Translations under genes and position numbers: made by a program | In this document: positions 31,348 to 42,081 of the stretch, piece after piece | Layout: each line of letters begins with the position of its first letter | Numbering within the stretch: the first letter of the stretch is position 1 | Notes under the pieces: model-generated | What the model was told of the DNA's origin: nothing | The model's input: the letters and a program-made list of their open reading frames with translations, nothing else | The model's database searches: none | DNA from: Candidatus Nomurabacteria bacterium | GTDB taxonomy: Bacteria > Patescibacteriota > Minisyncoccia > Phycocordibacterales > UBA9973 | NCBI GenBank assembly: GCA_026395965.1 | Contig: JAPLXS010000006.1 | Span: 118,683-182,682, forward strand | Direction of reading: 5' to 3' | DNA: 64,000 nt

Positions 31348-32136
31348 CTATCTTATCTCGTAAGCTATAGATACATTTGAAGTTATTTTATTTTCTCCCT
31401 TGGGAAGAACAGGTGCTTCGGGAGCAGAAACTAAACTATCTACTGCCATGGTTTTTGCATATACTCCATAATTATTACCAGTATTTTCTGAAAAACTTAC
31501 AACCTTACCAAGAGTAACTCCAAGTTCTTTAGACAAAACTTCGGCTTTAGCTTTTGCATCTATTATAGCTTTTGAGCGTGCTTGATCTTTAAATGCTTCT
31601 TCATCATCTATAGAGAATGTTGGACCACTTATATCTGTCACACCAATAGCTGTTAATCCTGTGCGTACGATACTTGCATTGTCTACAACACGTATTTTTA
31701 TAGTTATAGATTGCATAGCTGTGTAACCTATTATTTTTGGTTCTTGGGTTGGACATGGGTAAACAAGACAAGCTACTTGCCCATAAGAATATTTTGGTGA
31801 GAGACCTCCGTATTCTGATTTAATATCTTTGTCTTCTATTTTTTGTTCTTTTAGATAAGCTAATGTTTTTGTAATTGATTCATTTAGAAGAGTTTGTGCT
31901 TCTTTTGCTGTCTTACCTTCTTTATTTAGATTTACTGTTAATGATGCAATATCTGAAACAGCTAGAATATCCCCTGTTCCACTTACTGATATAACATTGG
32001 CTGGCTGATTTCCACGACCTACATAAGCACTAGATTTAATCTCATTGTACAGTTTTACTACTGTAAGTAGAGAAATTACTATTATTAATGCAAAAATTGA
32101 ATTCTTTATTTTTTTCTCATTTAAAAATGTTTCCAT
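31348..32136 (-). CDS. SIMPL/DUF541 domain protein
   Basis: ISVSGTG...DIA, ARSKAIIDAKAKAEVL..LGVTLG, GENKITSNVSIAY. Confidence 0.88.
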   Translation of the reverse strand: METFLNEKKIKNSIFALIIVISLLTVVKLYNEIKSSAYVGRGNQPANVISVSGTGDILAVSDIASLTVNLNKEGKTAKEAQTLLNESITKTLAYLKEQKIEDKDIKSEYGGLSPKYSYGQVACLVYPCPTQEPKIIGYTAMQSITIKIRVVDNASIVRTGLTAIGVTDISGPTFSIDDEEAFKDQARSKAIIDAKAKAEVLSKELGVTLGKVVSFSENTGNNYGVYAKTMAVDSLVSAPEAPVLPKGENKITSNVSIAYEIR

Positions 32137-32386
32137 ATTTTTTGTGATAGCTCATCAAAGACAAGACATATCTTATTGGTTATTGTTAATAATATTTAGT
32201 GTGACCCATATATTTATTATAGCACGGTCTCTATAAACTAGCTCTCTTGATCTGAGAATCAACTATATTTAACAAATCTATATGATTGAAATCAATATTC
32301 ACATATAAATCTGTGAGTGTTGACAAATATCCATAAAGTGATAGAGTACATAAAAAGTGCTCATCAATAACAAAATTAACAGCAAA

Positions 32387-32989
32387 ATGGAAACAGAAAA
32401 ATTAATGCCCAAAAACATTTTAATAGAATTTATTTTCGGTGAAGAGATAATTCGTATTTTAGAAAAAAGAATGCCAATCAGAGAACTCAAAACAGAGTCA
32501 CCTTTATTTATGGACTACTACAAAATGATGCAGCCTAGCCTAATAGAACCATTGGCAAAACAAATTGCTATGAAAATACTTGCAGAAGGTAAAGGAATCG
32601 AGATTATTGCTGGAAGCACATCTCCAATCCTTGCATTTGAAGTTGCATCCATTCTTAGACTTCCATTTTTATGGGTAGTAAATGAAAAAATGCCAGAAGA
32701 GGTTAAGGGTAGAAAAGTTGCTTTTGTAACAGATAATATTTGCACAGGGAAACATACATTCGAGGCCTTGCATTATATTAAACACAATTACGCAAAATGC
32801 GAAGACGTGTATTGCGTTTTTGATTACAATTTCAATCTAAACAAAGGACTAAAAGATATAAACATCTTTTCTCTTCTTGAAATTGAAGATATCAAAGATT
32901 TAGAACAAATAAGTAAATGGAAAGAAAATTCCAGATACTTGTTTGGAAAAGAAAACAGGAAAGAAATCTCTCCTGCGATTGCTGGTTAA
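32387..32989 (+). CDS. divergent type I phosphoribosyltransferase (PyrE-like)
   Basis: SPLFMD, VAFVTDNICTG resembles the PRPP-binding loop, CVFDY; own promoter 32320-32347 and terminator near 33004-33030. Confidence 0.6.
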   Translation: METEKLMPKNILIEFIFGEEIIRILEKRMPIRELKTESPLFMDYYKMMQPSLIEPLAKQIAMKILAEGKGIEIIAGSTSPILAFEVASILRLPFLWVVNEKMPEEVKGRKVAFVTDNICTGKHTFEALHYIKHNYAKCEDVYCVFDYNFNLNKGLKDINIFSLLEIEDIKDLEQISKWKENSRYLFGKENRKEISPAIAG

Positions 32990-33029
32990 TTTTTAATTCA
33001 ATTAAGCCTTCTTTTATTAGAAGGCTTTT

Positions 33030-34292
33030 TTATTCTTTATTGAGAGCTTCTATGGGGTTTAATTTTGCTGCATTTTGTGCAGGAAATACTCCAAATATAA
33101 TACCTATAATACCCGATACAGAAACGGCAATAATTACACCCCAAATAGGTACTATGAACTTCCATGCTAATCCTAGACTCTGTGCTATTTTAGAAATAAC
33201 AAATGCGCCGAATGCTCCACCCATAACCCCTATAACACCACCTATGATAGTTAGTAGTATTGATTCGACTAAAAATTCATACATAATATCGCGATTGCGA
33301 GCACCAAGAGCTTTTTTTAATCCTATCTCTCCGATACGTTCTGTCACTATGACATACATAATATTCATAACCCCTACCCCACCTACAAGCAGAGATATAG
33401 AGGCAATAGCAATAAGCAAAAATGTAACTGCGCTCAATATAGTATCGAAAGTTCCTAAACTCTCTGACTGAGTAGTAACTTTAAAATCATCACGAATAGG
33501 GTCTGTAATATAATGATTTTTTCTTACAATATCTGCTACGTCTAGAGCTGTGGCATCTGCCTTGGTATTGTCTATCAATCCTATAACTGAATAAATAAGA
33601 TAATCTATGCCTTGAATTTTCTTTTGAAGAGTTGTGACTGGAATAAAAGCTTGGTCGTCGTCATTCATAGGACCAAATCCTCCTTTCTTTGCATATACCC
33701 CGATAACTTCAAAATTATAATTACCTATTCTTATCAACTTACCTACGGGATCAACTCCATCAAATAAACTTGTAGCTAGCGTGTTACCAAGTACTACAAC
33801 TTGGGCAAGAGCTTTGTCTTCTTGAGAAGAATAACCTCTACCTTCTTCGATGATTCCTTTATCAATATCAAATCTATCTGCACTTGCTCCAAAAATAAAA
33901 ACATTTTTTGAAACATTTTTATATGTTACTATTTGCTGACCGATAGAAGCTCCGTATGCATTTTTTACATTTGGAATATTTTTAATATCTTCTACATCTC
34001 TCATTTTCAAACTTGTGATTGGAATAGCATTTGAAGCAGAAGAATTTGCTTGTTTTGAACCTGATCCAGAGTTTGAACGTGCCTTTGTAGAATCAGGAAG
34101 TGAAGTTTCAAGAGTAATAATATTTGAACCAAAAGCATCTATTTGGGAATTTATATAACTCTTAAAACCCTCTCCTGCTGATAGTACAAGGATAACAGTA
34201 CCTATACCAATCATAATACCGAGAGTCGTCAAAAAAGTCCTAGAAGGATTTGATTTAACACCACGTATAGCTTGTTTGATATTGTTATTCAT
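33030..34292 (-). CDS. MacB/FtsX-type ABC permease
   Basis: RTFLTTLGIMIG, ISLLVGGVGVMNIM, ERIGEIGLKKALGA, AAKLNPIEAL. Confidence 0.92.
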   Translation of the reverse strand: MNNNIKQAIRGVKSNPSRTFLTTLGIMIGIGTVILVLSAGEGFKSYINSQIDAFGSNIITLETSLPDSTKARSNSGSGSKQANSSASNAIPITSLKMRDVEDIKNIPNVKNAYGASIGQQIVTYKNVSKNVFIFGASADRFDIDKGIIEEGRGYSSQEDKALAQVVVLGNTLATSLFDGVDPVGKLIRIGNYNFEVIGVYAKKGGFGPMNDDDQAFIPVTTLQKKIQGIDYLIYSVIGLIDNTKADATALDVADIVRKNHYITDPIRDDFKVTTQSESLGTFDTILSAVTFLLIAIASISLLVGGVGVMNIMYVIVTERIGEIGLKKALGARNRDIMYEFLVESILLTIIGGVIGVMGGAFGAFVISKIAQSLGLAWKFIVPIWGVIIAVSVSGIIGIIFGVFPAQNAAKLNPIEALNKE

Positions 34293-35568
34293 AACGTAAT
34301 GCAACTATTGGGTCGAGCTTAGCTGCTTTTAATGCGGGATAAAGACCAAATATAACTCCGGTAAGAATAGACACAAAAACAGCGAGTATTATAGCCATAG
34401 GTGAGATAATAAAAGCCCAATCATAACCTGCAAACCTCGCTCCGAGTGCAATCAAATAAGAAATTAATATTCCTGAAATAATACCTAAAATACCACCTGA
34501 AAGAGTCAGGACTATTGATTCAAATAGGAATTGATTTCTTATATTTCTTTTGGTTGCGCCTATTGCTTTTCGAAGACCTATCTCGCGTGTACGCTCTGAA
34601 ACTGTCACAAGCATAATATTCATAATACCAATACCTCCTACTATGAGCGATATGCCTGCCATTAAACTCAAAAATATACTAAGCGTACCTGTAATACTAG
34701 TCAGAATTTTTATTGCATCTACTAGATCGCGAACAGAAAAATCGTCATCTTCTGGGTTTTTAATATTGTGTTGTTCACGCAAAACACGAGCGACATCATC
34801 TATTGTTGTTTTTACATTTTGAGAATCATTTACTTTCAGTCTTAGAAATTGAATATAATCTATACCAAGTAACTGACGTTGTCCTATAGAAAAAGGTATA
34901 AAAACTTGGTCATCTTGGTTTTGAAAAGCCACAGTTCCCATTTTCTTTTGAACTCCTATAACTCTAAATGGAATACTACCTGTGTCTCCTGTCACAGCAG
35001 GATTATTGTTTGGTATTTTAATTTTAACAATCTTTCCAAGTTCATCACCATAAGGAAATAAATTGGTTGCTACGTCATACCCGAGAACCATAACATTGTT
35101 ACCTGCCCTGCCTTCTTCTTCAGAGAAAAATTGACCTTTTTCCATTTCTACATTCTGAACATTTGGATAGCTCCCATCTGTAGCTGTAAAAGTAGTATCT
35201 AGACTTTCTCTTCCAGATATCAAAGTTGCACTACCACGAACGGTAGCTGCAACTGCAGTAGCATAAGGAACATTGCCCTTATCTTTTATTGCTTCTACAT
35301 CGCGTAATTTTAATGTTTTTATTTGAATACCAAAAACAGAAGCTGGAGGACCATTTTCATTGCTCTTTCCAGGGAGTACCCCTACTAGATTGGTTCCTAG
35401 TTTGGTTACTTGTCCAAGCACTAGAGATTGTGCACCAGCACCAAGAGACATGATAATGATAACTCCAGCGACACCGATAATAATACCTAAAATAGTCAGA
35501 AAAGTTCTTCCTTTTCTTGAAAGTAAGTTTTTAACAGTTGTTTTAATTTCAGATAAAAAGTTTTGCAT
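34285..35568 (-). CDS. MacB/FtsX-type ABC permease
   Basis: RTFLTILGIIIG, GGIGIMNIML, ERTREIGLRKAIGA, LDPIVALRYE. Confidence 0.93.
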   Translation of the reverse strand: MQNFLSEIKTTVKNLLSRKGRTFLTILGIIIGVAGVIIIMSLGAGAQSLVLGQVTKLGTNLVGVLPGKSNENGPPASVFGIQIKTLKLRDVEAIKDKGNVPYATAVAATVRGSATLISGRESLDTTFTATDGSYPNVQNVEMEKGQFFSEEEGRAGNNVMVLGYDVATNLFPYGDELGKIVKIKIPNNNPAVTGDTGSIPFRVIGVQKKMGTVAFQNQDDQVFIPFSIGQRQLLGIDYIQFLRLKVNDSQNVKTTIDDVARVLREQHNIKNPEDDDFSVRDLVDAIKILTSITGTLSIFLSLMAGISLIVGGIGIMNIMLVTVSERTREIGLRKAIGATKRNIRNQFLFESIVLTLSGGILGIISGILISYLIALGARFAGYDWAFIISPMAIILAVFVSILTGVIFGLYPALKAAKLDPIVALRYE

Positions 35569-35572
35569 TCAT

Positions 35573-36286
35573 TTAGTCTTCTATTTGCTTTGAGTGTACT
35601 CTATCTTTTTCTTCTACTTTGCGATCTGATACTATTTCTCCGTCGCGTATAGTCACTATACGTTTTGAATGATTAGCAACATTTAAATCGTGAGTAACTA
35701 AAATAATAGTGCGACCTTCTTTGTTTAGATTCTCTAAAATATGCATAACGGTACTACCACTTTTTGAGTCTAGGTTACCTGTAGGTTCATCGGCAAAAAT
35801 AACTTTTGGATTACAAACCAAAGCACGAGCTATAGCTACGCGTTGTTTTTGACCACCAGAAATCTGATTGCTCATGTAGTTCATTCTCTCAGTCAGGTTG
35901 ACTGCAGCTAGGGCTTCTTTGGCTTTTTTCTCGTGGCCGATTTTTGAATCACTATACAAAAGAGGTAGAATTACATTGTCCAAAACTGATGTTCTAGGCA
36001 AAAGATTGAAAGATTGAAAAACGAAACCAATATGTTTATTACGAATTACTGCCAACTGGTCATCATCTAGGTCTTTTGTATTTTCACCTTCAAAGATATA
36101 CTCACCTGAAGTAGGTCTATCCAAAAAACCAATAGTATGCATGAGCGTAGATTTACCTGATCCAGATGGACCAATGATAGCGATAAACTCCCCTTCTTCA
36201 ACAGTCAGGTTTATATCTTTAAGAACGTGAGTTATTACATCACCATTTTCGTAATTTTTTACAATATTTTTAAGTTCTATCAACAT
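35573..36286 (-). CDS. ABC transporter ATP-binding protein (MacB/LolD-like)
   Basis: [33 protein letters not shown]. Confidence 0.95.
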   Translation of the reverse strand: MLIELKNIVKNYENGDVITHVLKDINLTVEEGEFIAIIGPSGSGKSTLMHTIGFLDRPTSGEYIFEGENTKDLDDDQLAVIRNKHIGFVFQSFNLLPRTSVLDNVILPLLYSDSKIGHEKKAKEALAAVNLTERMNYMSNQISGGQKQRVAIARALVCNPKVIFADEPTGNLDSKSGSTVMHILENLNKEGRTIILVTHDLNVANHSKRIVTIRDGEIVSDRKVEEKDRVHSKQIED

Positions 36287-36379
36287 CGAGATACTAAAAT
36301 TTTAATAATAATTTATTTTCTATATTTAACTATTTATTTGATGTATAAATTTAATTAAGTAAAATTTACAAAAGAAAAA

Positions 36380-37924
36380 TTATTTAGTTTTTATCAAAAC
36401 AACAAATTCGTCATTTTCTTTCAAGCCACTTATAACTTCTATAGTACTTCCATCTCCTTCTAACCCAGTAGTAACAGGTACCTCTTTAAATGACTTAGTT
36501 CTTGTATTGTCTACAACACGAACAATCTTGTTGCCAGTATTGTCTGAGATAATAGCACGTGAAGGAATAGTTAGAACGTGATCTTTTTCTTTTAGCTTAA
36601 TAGTCATGTTTGCTGTCATACCTGGACGTAGATCACTCGCTTGTTCAACACTTGCAGTTATTTTATAGTTTACAACTCCTGAAACAAGTGTAGATGAAGG
36701 ATCTATCTTTGTTATACTACCTTTAAATATTTTATCTGAACCAAATGCATCATAACTAATATCTATAGGCATACCAATATTAACACCAGCAATATTTGCT
36801 TCATTTATATTTGCTTCAATATAAATATTTGAAACATCTTGAAGAACAATAACTTGTTTCAAAGCAGATGCTAGCTCACCTTGTTTTATATCTATACTTG
36901 TTATAGTTCCACCAAGTGGAGCAACAATAACAGTGTCATTGTATTTTGCTGTAGCTTGTTGAACCTGACCTTCTGCGGAAATAATATCAGCTTTAGCTAA
37001 ATCAATATCAGATGCACGAGCGTTTGCTTGCTTTAATGCGAGCTCGGCTCCCCTTTGATCGATTAGTGATTGAGAGGAAGACAAAGCAGATGCTTGAGTC
37101 TTGAGCGCAGATTGATAAGCGTTGTAATTTGTTAAATAATTTGATGCTTTTTTGTTTGGTATTTCAATTTTCCAATCAGTAACACTAATATTGCTAGATG
37201 GGAAACGAAGATACAAACCAGAATCTCCAATAGGTTGAGCTATTATAGAGTTACTTGAACCACTACCTTGAGCAAGCCCAGTCACACTGTAACTTGTACC
37301 ACTATTACTATAGTAAAACTTTAGCTTTATAGCTCCCTCTACTCCCAAGTTATAAGTACCACTAATAATAGGAGCAACATAGTCACTTGTGCCATTTTCT
37401 GGAATTGCTTCTGGAGATGAATTGAGTAAATTACTATATGCATTTTTAACCAATGTATCTTGTTGGGTTTTTGTATTTTCCAAATCTCTCTTTGCATTTG
37501 AAAGTGCAAGTTGTGAAAGAGTTATCTCTTCATTTGTTGCTCCTTCTAGGGTACGTTTATATCTAGCATTCGCCGCAGCTAGTGCTCCGCGAGCTGATGT
37601 AAGAGTAGCGAGTACAGAAGCTTGGTCGAGAGTAGCGAGTACTTGTCCTTCTTTTACTTTGTCCCCCACTTTTACTTTGATTGATTTAACTACACCATTT
37701 GTGTTGAAAGATAGATTTAGATCAGTACTTGAAACTACTTGTCCTGTTGCAAGAATAGTCTGCTTTAGATCAGTATATTTAGCAAAATCGGTAACTGTAT
37801 TTTTTGCATTATTATTTGACCTAAAGAAAAAGAACAATCCGAGTGATAAAACAATAACAAGCGGAATCCAAATACGCTTTTGCTTAATAACTTTATCTAT
37901 AAATAAATCTTTAACTTTTTTCAT
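36380..37924 (-). CDS. periplasmic adaptor / membrane fusion protein (MacA/HlyD-like)
   Basis: VKVGDKVKEGQVLATLD, coiled coil, APLGGTIT, LRPGMTA. Confidence 0.9.
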   Translation of the reverse strand: MKKVKDLFIDKVIKQKRIWIPLVIVLSLGLFFFFRSNNNAKNTVTDFAKYTDLKQTILATGQVVSSTDLNLSFNTNGVVKSIKVKVGDKVKEGQVLATLDQASVLATLTSARGALAAANARYKRTLEGATNEEITLSQLALSNAKRDLENTKTQQDTLVKNAYSNLLNSSPEAIPENGTSDYVAPIISGTYNLGVEGAIKLKFYYSNSGTSYSVTGLAQGSGSSNSIIAQPIGDSGLYLRFPSSNISVTDWKIEIPNKKASNYLTNYNAYQSALKTQASALSSSQSLIDQRGAELALKQANARASDIDLAKADIISAEGQVQQATAKYNDTVIVAPLGGTITSIDIKQGELASALKQVIVLQDVSNIYIEANINEANIAGVNIGMPIDISYDAFGSDKIFKGSITKIDPSSTLVSGVVNYKITASVEQASDLRPGMTANMTIKLKEKDHVLTIPSRAIISDNTGNKIVRVVDNTRTKSFKEVPVTTGLEGDGSTIEVISGLKENDEFVVLIKTK

Positions 37925-37928
37925 AATT

Positions 37929-38519
37929 TTATTGAATAGAAATTAACTCAACATCGAAAACCAAATCAGCATTTGCTGGTATACCTGAACCTGGAGGAGG
38001 ATTTGATCCGTAAGCCTGAGCTGCTGGGATAACAAGTCTGCGAGTACCACCTATCTTCATTCCTGGGATACCATCTGTCCATCCTTTTATAACTTGGCCA
38101 AGTGGAAATGTTACTGGAGTAGGACCAAAGTCTTTTGATGATTGGAATATTACACCTGTTGCTGCTACTGCTCCTGTATAATGCACACTAACCGTAGCGC
38201 CTGCTTTTACTTCTGCGCCAGTACCAACCACAACATCAATCTTTTGTAGATTTGCTGTTTTAGAAACTGGAGTAAAGTTGCTTAAAGTTTTTGAATTTGT
38301 TTCCATTTTATTTTTGGGTGGTAAAGATTCTTTTTCTGTTGTAGTTGTTGGATCAGTTGTAATGTCTTGAACTTCATTTTGATTTACTGAAGATACTTCT
38401 TCGGGTAAATTTTGTTCATATTTTTTATTGTTCATAATGATATAAACAAAAAGACCTATAACACAAGCTACAATTATAAAAGAAAATACGATACCATTTT
38501 TTTCTATTTGATTCTTCAT
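37929..38519 (-). CDS. membrane-anchored FKBP-type peptidyl-prolyl isomerase
   Basis: VSVHYTG, VIKGWTDGIPGMKIGGTRRLVIP..AYG, IPANADLVFDVEL. Confidence 0.93.
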   Translation of the reverse strand: MKNQIEKNGIVFSFIIVACVIGLFVYIIMNNKKYEQNLPEEVSSVNQNEVQDITTDPTTTTEKESLPPKNKMETNSKTLSNFTPVSKTANLQKIDVVVGTGAEVKAGATVSVHYTGAVAATGVIFQSSKDFGPTPVTFPLGQVIKGWTDGIPGMKIGGTRRLVIPAAQAYGSNPPPGSGIPANADLVFDVELISIQ

Positions 38520-38583
38520 ATTTAGAAAAATTAATTAATAATATCTTTATATTTTAACATTTTTTTAAATATAAAGGAAATGA

Positions 38584-38620
38584 AAAATGCCCGCTCAGAC
38601 AGTAGTCTGAGCGGGCATTT
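38584..38620 (-). terminator. hairpin terminator after fusA
   Basis: aaaatgcccgctcagac-agta-gtctgagcgggcatttt. Confidence 0.75.
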
Positions 38621-38633
38621 TAAAAATTTTAAA

Positions 38634-40775
38634 TTATTTTCTTGATTCTATAATTGTAGTTGCAACGTTTTGAGGAACTATATCATAACGAGTAAATTCC
38701 ATAGTAAATGATGCTCTACCCTCTGTCATAGAACGGAGAGTTGTCATGTATCCAAACATTTCTGATAGAGGGACAATGGCTTTAACAGCTTGGTTCATAC
38801 CACGAGCTTCCATTCCTTCTATAAGTCCACGCTTTGATGACAGACTTCCTGTAACATCTCCCATGAATTTATCTGGAGTAACAACTTCAACTTTCATCAT
38901 AGGTTCCAAGATAACTGGGCGAGCCATTTTACATGCATCTTGCATAGCCATAGAAGCTGCGATTTTGAAAGCCATTTCGTTTGAGTCGACATCGTGGTAA
39001 CTTCCGTCCCATAGTTCAACTGATACGTTAACAATCTTAAATCCAGCAAGTACTCCGCGATCAAGACCTTCTTTGAATCCTTTTTCACAAGCAGGAATGT
39101 ATTCTTGTGGAATAGCTCCTCCTTTGATTGTATTGATAAATTCAAATCCTTTCTCTCTCTTTGTGTTTCTTGGTAGGTCTTCATCTTTGATAGACATATC
39201 CATTGGCTTGATCTTGATTTTAACGTGACCATAGTTTCCTCTTCCTCCTGATTGCTTGATGTATTTACCTTCTACACCAGCTTCACCAGTAATAGTTTCT
39301 CTGTATGCAACTTGAGGTTTACCAACATTTGTTTCAACAGAAAATTCACGCTTCATACGATCAACAATGATTTCAAGATGGAGTTCTCCCATTCCTGCAA
39401 TAATAGTTTCGTTTGTTTCAGCATCTGTAGTAACACGGAAAGTAGGATCTTCTTGTGCAAGACGAGATAATGCCATACCCATTTTTTCTTGGTCTGCTTT
39501 TGTTTTTGGTTCAACACGTAGAGAAATAACTGGTTCTGGGAATACAATACGGTAAAGTTCGATTGGGTGCTCTTCTTCACACATTGTGTCTGAAGTAATA
39601 GTATCTTTAAGACCAACCGCTGCTGCGATTTCTCCTGCATAAACTTTCTTTACTTCTTCACGATCGTTTGCGTGCATTCTCAAAATACGTCCAATACGTT
39701 CTTTGTTGCGAGTACGAGGGTTGTAAATATAACTTCCAGCAGAAAGACTACCTGAGTAAACTCTGAAGAAAATTATTTGTCCTACGAATGGGTCTGTGGC
39801 AACCTTGAAAGCAAGAGCTGAAAAAGGTTCTGCGTCTGAAGCCTTACGTTCAATAATTTCATCGGTATTTGGATCAATACCTCCGATAGGAGGAATATCT
39901 GTTGGACTTGGAAGGTAATCAATAACAGCATCAAGTACCAACTGAACTCCTTTATTTTTCAAAGCACTTCCTGCAAACACTGGGAAAATCTCGTTTGCTA
40001 TTACTCCCTTTCTCATTAATTTCTTTAGAGTCTCGTAATCAGGAACGATACCTTCAAAATACTCATTCATAGTTTTGTCGTCTTGTTCAACTATTTTTTC
40101 AATCAATTCTGCGTGGTATTTTTTGGCATCAGCCATCATATCTTCTGGAATTTCTTTTTCAATAACTCTTGAACCCATCTCTCCTTCAAAGTAATAAGCT
40201 TTCATCTTTAGAAGATCTACAACTCCATCGTGGTTTTCTTCAAGACCAATAGGAATCTGCATACGAATAGCCTTCTTTGTTAGGCGGTCTAAAATAGTAG
40301 CATATGAGTGTTCGAAAGATGCACCTGTTCTATCTAGTTTGTTTATAAAACAGATTCGTGGAACACTGGCTTCGTCGGCATAGCGCCAGTTTGTTTCTGA
40401 TTGAGGTTCTACTCCAGCAACTCCATCAAATACAACAACAGCTCCGTCTAGAACACGAAGAGAACGCTTTACTTCAACAGTAAAGTCGATGTGTCCTGGT
40501 GTATCGATAATATTGAAACGGTGTTTTTTTGTTTTGTCTGTAAGTGCGTATGTTGGAGTCCAAAAACAAGTAACAGCAGCAGAAGTAATAGTGATGCCTC
40601 TTTCTCTTTCTTGTTCCATCCAGTCTGTGGTAGTTTCCCCATCGTGAACTTCACCTATTTTGTGTGATACTCCTGTATAAAAAAGCACACGCTCTGTTGT
40701 AGTTGTTTTACCCGCATCGATGTGGGCAATGATTCCTATATTTCTAACTTTTTCTAACGGATAATCTCTTTCCAT
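38634..40775 (-). CDS. fusA: elongation factor G
   Basis: [41 protein letters not shown]. Confidence 0.99.
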   Translation of the reverse strand: MERDYPLEKVRNIGIIAHIDAGKTTTTERVLFYTGVSHKIGEVHDGETTTDWMEQERERGITITSAAVTCFWTPTYALTDKTKKHRFNIIDTPGHIDFTVEVKRSLRVLDGAVVVFDGVAGVEPQSETNWRYADEASVPRICFINKLDRTGASFEHSYATILDRLTKKAIRMQIPIGLEENHDGVVDLLKMKAYYFEGEMGSRVIEKEIPEDMMADAKKYHAELIEKIVEQDDKTMNEYFEGIVPDYETLKKLMRKGVIANEIFPVFAGSALKNKGVQLVLDAVIDYLPSPTDIPPIGGIDPNTDEIIERKASDAEPFSALAFKVATDPFVGQIIFFRVYSGSLSAGSYIYNPRTRNKERIGRILRMHANDREEVKKVYAGEIAAAVGLKDTITSDTMCEEEHPIELYRIVFPEPVISLRVEPKTKADQEKMGMALSRLAQEDPTFRVTTDAETNETIIAGMGELHLEIIVDRMKREFSVETNVGKPQVAYRETITGEAGVEGKYIKQSGGRGNYGHVKIKIKPMDMSIKDEDLPRNTKREKGFEFINTIKGGAIPQEYIPACEKGFKEGLDRGVLAGFKIVNVSVELWDGSYHDVDSNEMAFKIAASMAMQDACKMARPVILEPMMKVEVVTPDKFMGDVTGSLSSKRGLIEGMEARGMNQAVKAIVPLSEMFGYMTTLRSMTEGRASFTMEFTRYDIVPQNVATTIIESRK

Positions 40776-41062
40776 GTTTATATATATAATTAATAAAAAT
40801 AAAACCTGCCTGCCGAAAGTCAGGTTTACCCACTCATATGTAGGCGACGATTAAGTCTTTTGTCCTCTGAATATACAACAAAAAAAGTAAATTTGCAACA
40901 AAAAATCCCTCATATTTTGTATGAGGGATTTTTTAATTTAGATTTGAATTTATTATCAAGAAAGTGAGGGACTCCGACTATAAAGCTTTATTTCATAAAG
41001 CTAAGACCTATATGCTCCACTTTGCACTGGCATAAAAAAAATCCCCAGATGGGGATTTTTTT

Positions 41063-41533
41063 CTACCAAGCAAAGTGAGCAAACGCCTTGTTTGATTCTG
41101 CCATTTTGTGAGTATCATCACGCTTCTTAACAGCAGTTCCTTCGTTTTTAGATGCAAGTATTAGTTCTTCAGCAAGCTTTTCGTGGATTGGAGCTCCCTT
41201 TTTACCGCGAGCAGCTAGTATTATCCATCTCATTGCTAATGCAGTACGTCTTTCAGGTCTAACTTCACGAGGAACCTGGTAGTTTGCACCACCGATACGA
41301 CGAGAACGAACTTCAACCATAGGACCAGCATTTTTGATAGCTGTATCAAACACTTCTAGAGGATTTGGATTACCTGTCTTTTCTTTGATTATTTCAAAAG
41401 CTTTGTAAACAGCTTTACGAGCTGTCTCCTTCTTTCCGTGTACCATGATATTGTTAATAAACTTCGCAAGTTTTTGAGAGTTATAAACTATATCTGGTTC
41501 TACTATATTTCTGTTTGTTATTTTTCTTCGCAT
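41063..41533 (-). CDS. rpsG: 30S ribosomal protein S7
   Basis: VEVRSRRIGGANYQVP, HKMAESNKAFAHF. Confidence 0.98.
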   Translation of the reverse strand: MRRKITNRNIVEPDIVYNSQKLAKFINNIMVHGKKETARKAVYKAFEIIKEKTGNPNPLEVFDTAIKNAGPMVEVRSRRIGGANYQVPREVRPERRTALAMRWIILAARGKKGAPIHEKLAEELILASKNEGTAVKKRDDTHKMAESNKAFAHFAW

Positions 41534-41545
41534 ATTATTTAGGAA

Positions 41546-41971
41546 TTATTTTTTTACAGCTGCTTTAGGTGTCTTTGTACCATATAGACTTCTGGATTGA
41601 CGACGCTTTTCAACTCCTGTTGTATCAAGACGACCACGAACTATGTGGTAACGTACTCCGATCAAGTCTTTAACACGTCCTCCGCGAATCATAACAACTG
41701 AGTGTTCTTGTAGGTTGTGACCTTCTCCTGGAATATAAGCAGTAACTTCCATTCCATTTGTTAGACGAACACGAGCTATCTTACGAAGAGCTGAGTTAGG
41801 TTTCTTTGGAGTAGTTGTTGATACTTTAGTACAAACACCACGCTTAAATGGAGCAGGATAAAATACTGGCTTATTTTTAATAGAATTAAAACCGCGAGCA
41901 AGAGCTACGGCCTTTGACTTTCTTTTTATTATTTTACGGTTCTTTCGAACCAATTGATTGATTGTAGGCAT
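41546..41971 (-). CDS. rpsL: 30S ribosomal protein S12
   Basis: true start MPTINQL at 41971; [21 protein letters not shown]. Confidence 0.98.
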   Translation of the reverse strand: MPTINQLVRKNRKIIKRKSKAVALARGFNSIKNKPVFYPAPFKRGVCTKVSTTTPKKPNSALRKIARVRLTNGMEVTAYIPGEGHNLQEHSVVMIRGGRVKDLIGVRYHIVRGRLDTTGVEKRRQSRSLYGTKTPKAAVKK

Positions 41972-42081
41972 AATTAAACAAAAATAGTCGTAAATGACTA
42001 GTGACACTACTTTACTATAACAGAAACAAAAAAGCAAGCCCTACAAAAAGGATACTCTTTGAATACTTGAGTAATCCACCC

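Noticed and set aside
32917-33471. 184-aa plus-strand ORF and other antisense or alternate-frame ORFs such as 37389-37946, 44713-45219 and 45782-46396
   Set aside because: Shadows of well-supported genes, with no recognisable motifs
41972-42037. N-terminal extensions in the ORF track for rpsL, and likewise rpmB, recJ, HIT and the ligase
   Set aside because: Conserved N-termini begin at downstream ATGs and the extensions overlap promoters or terminators
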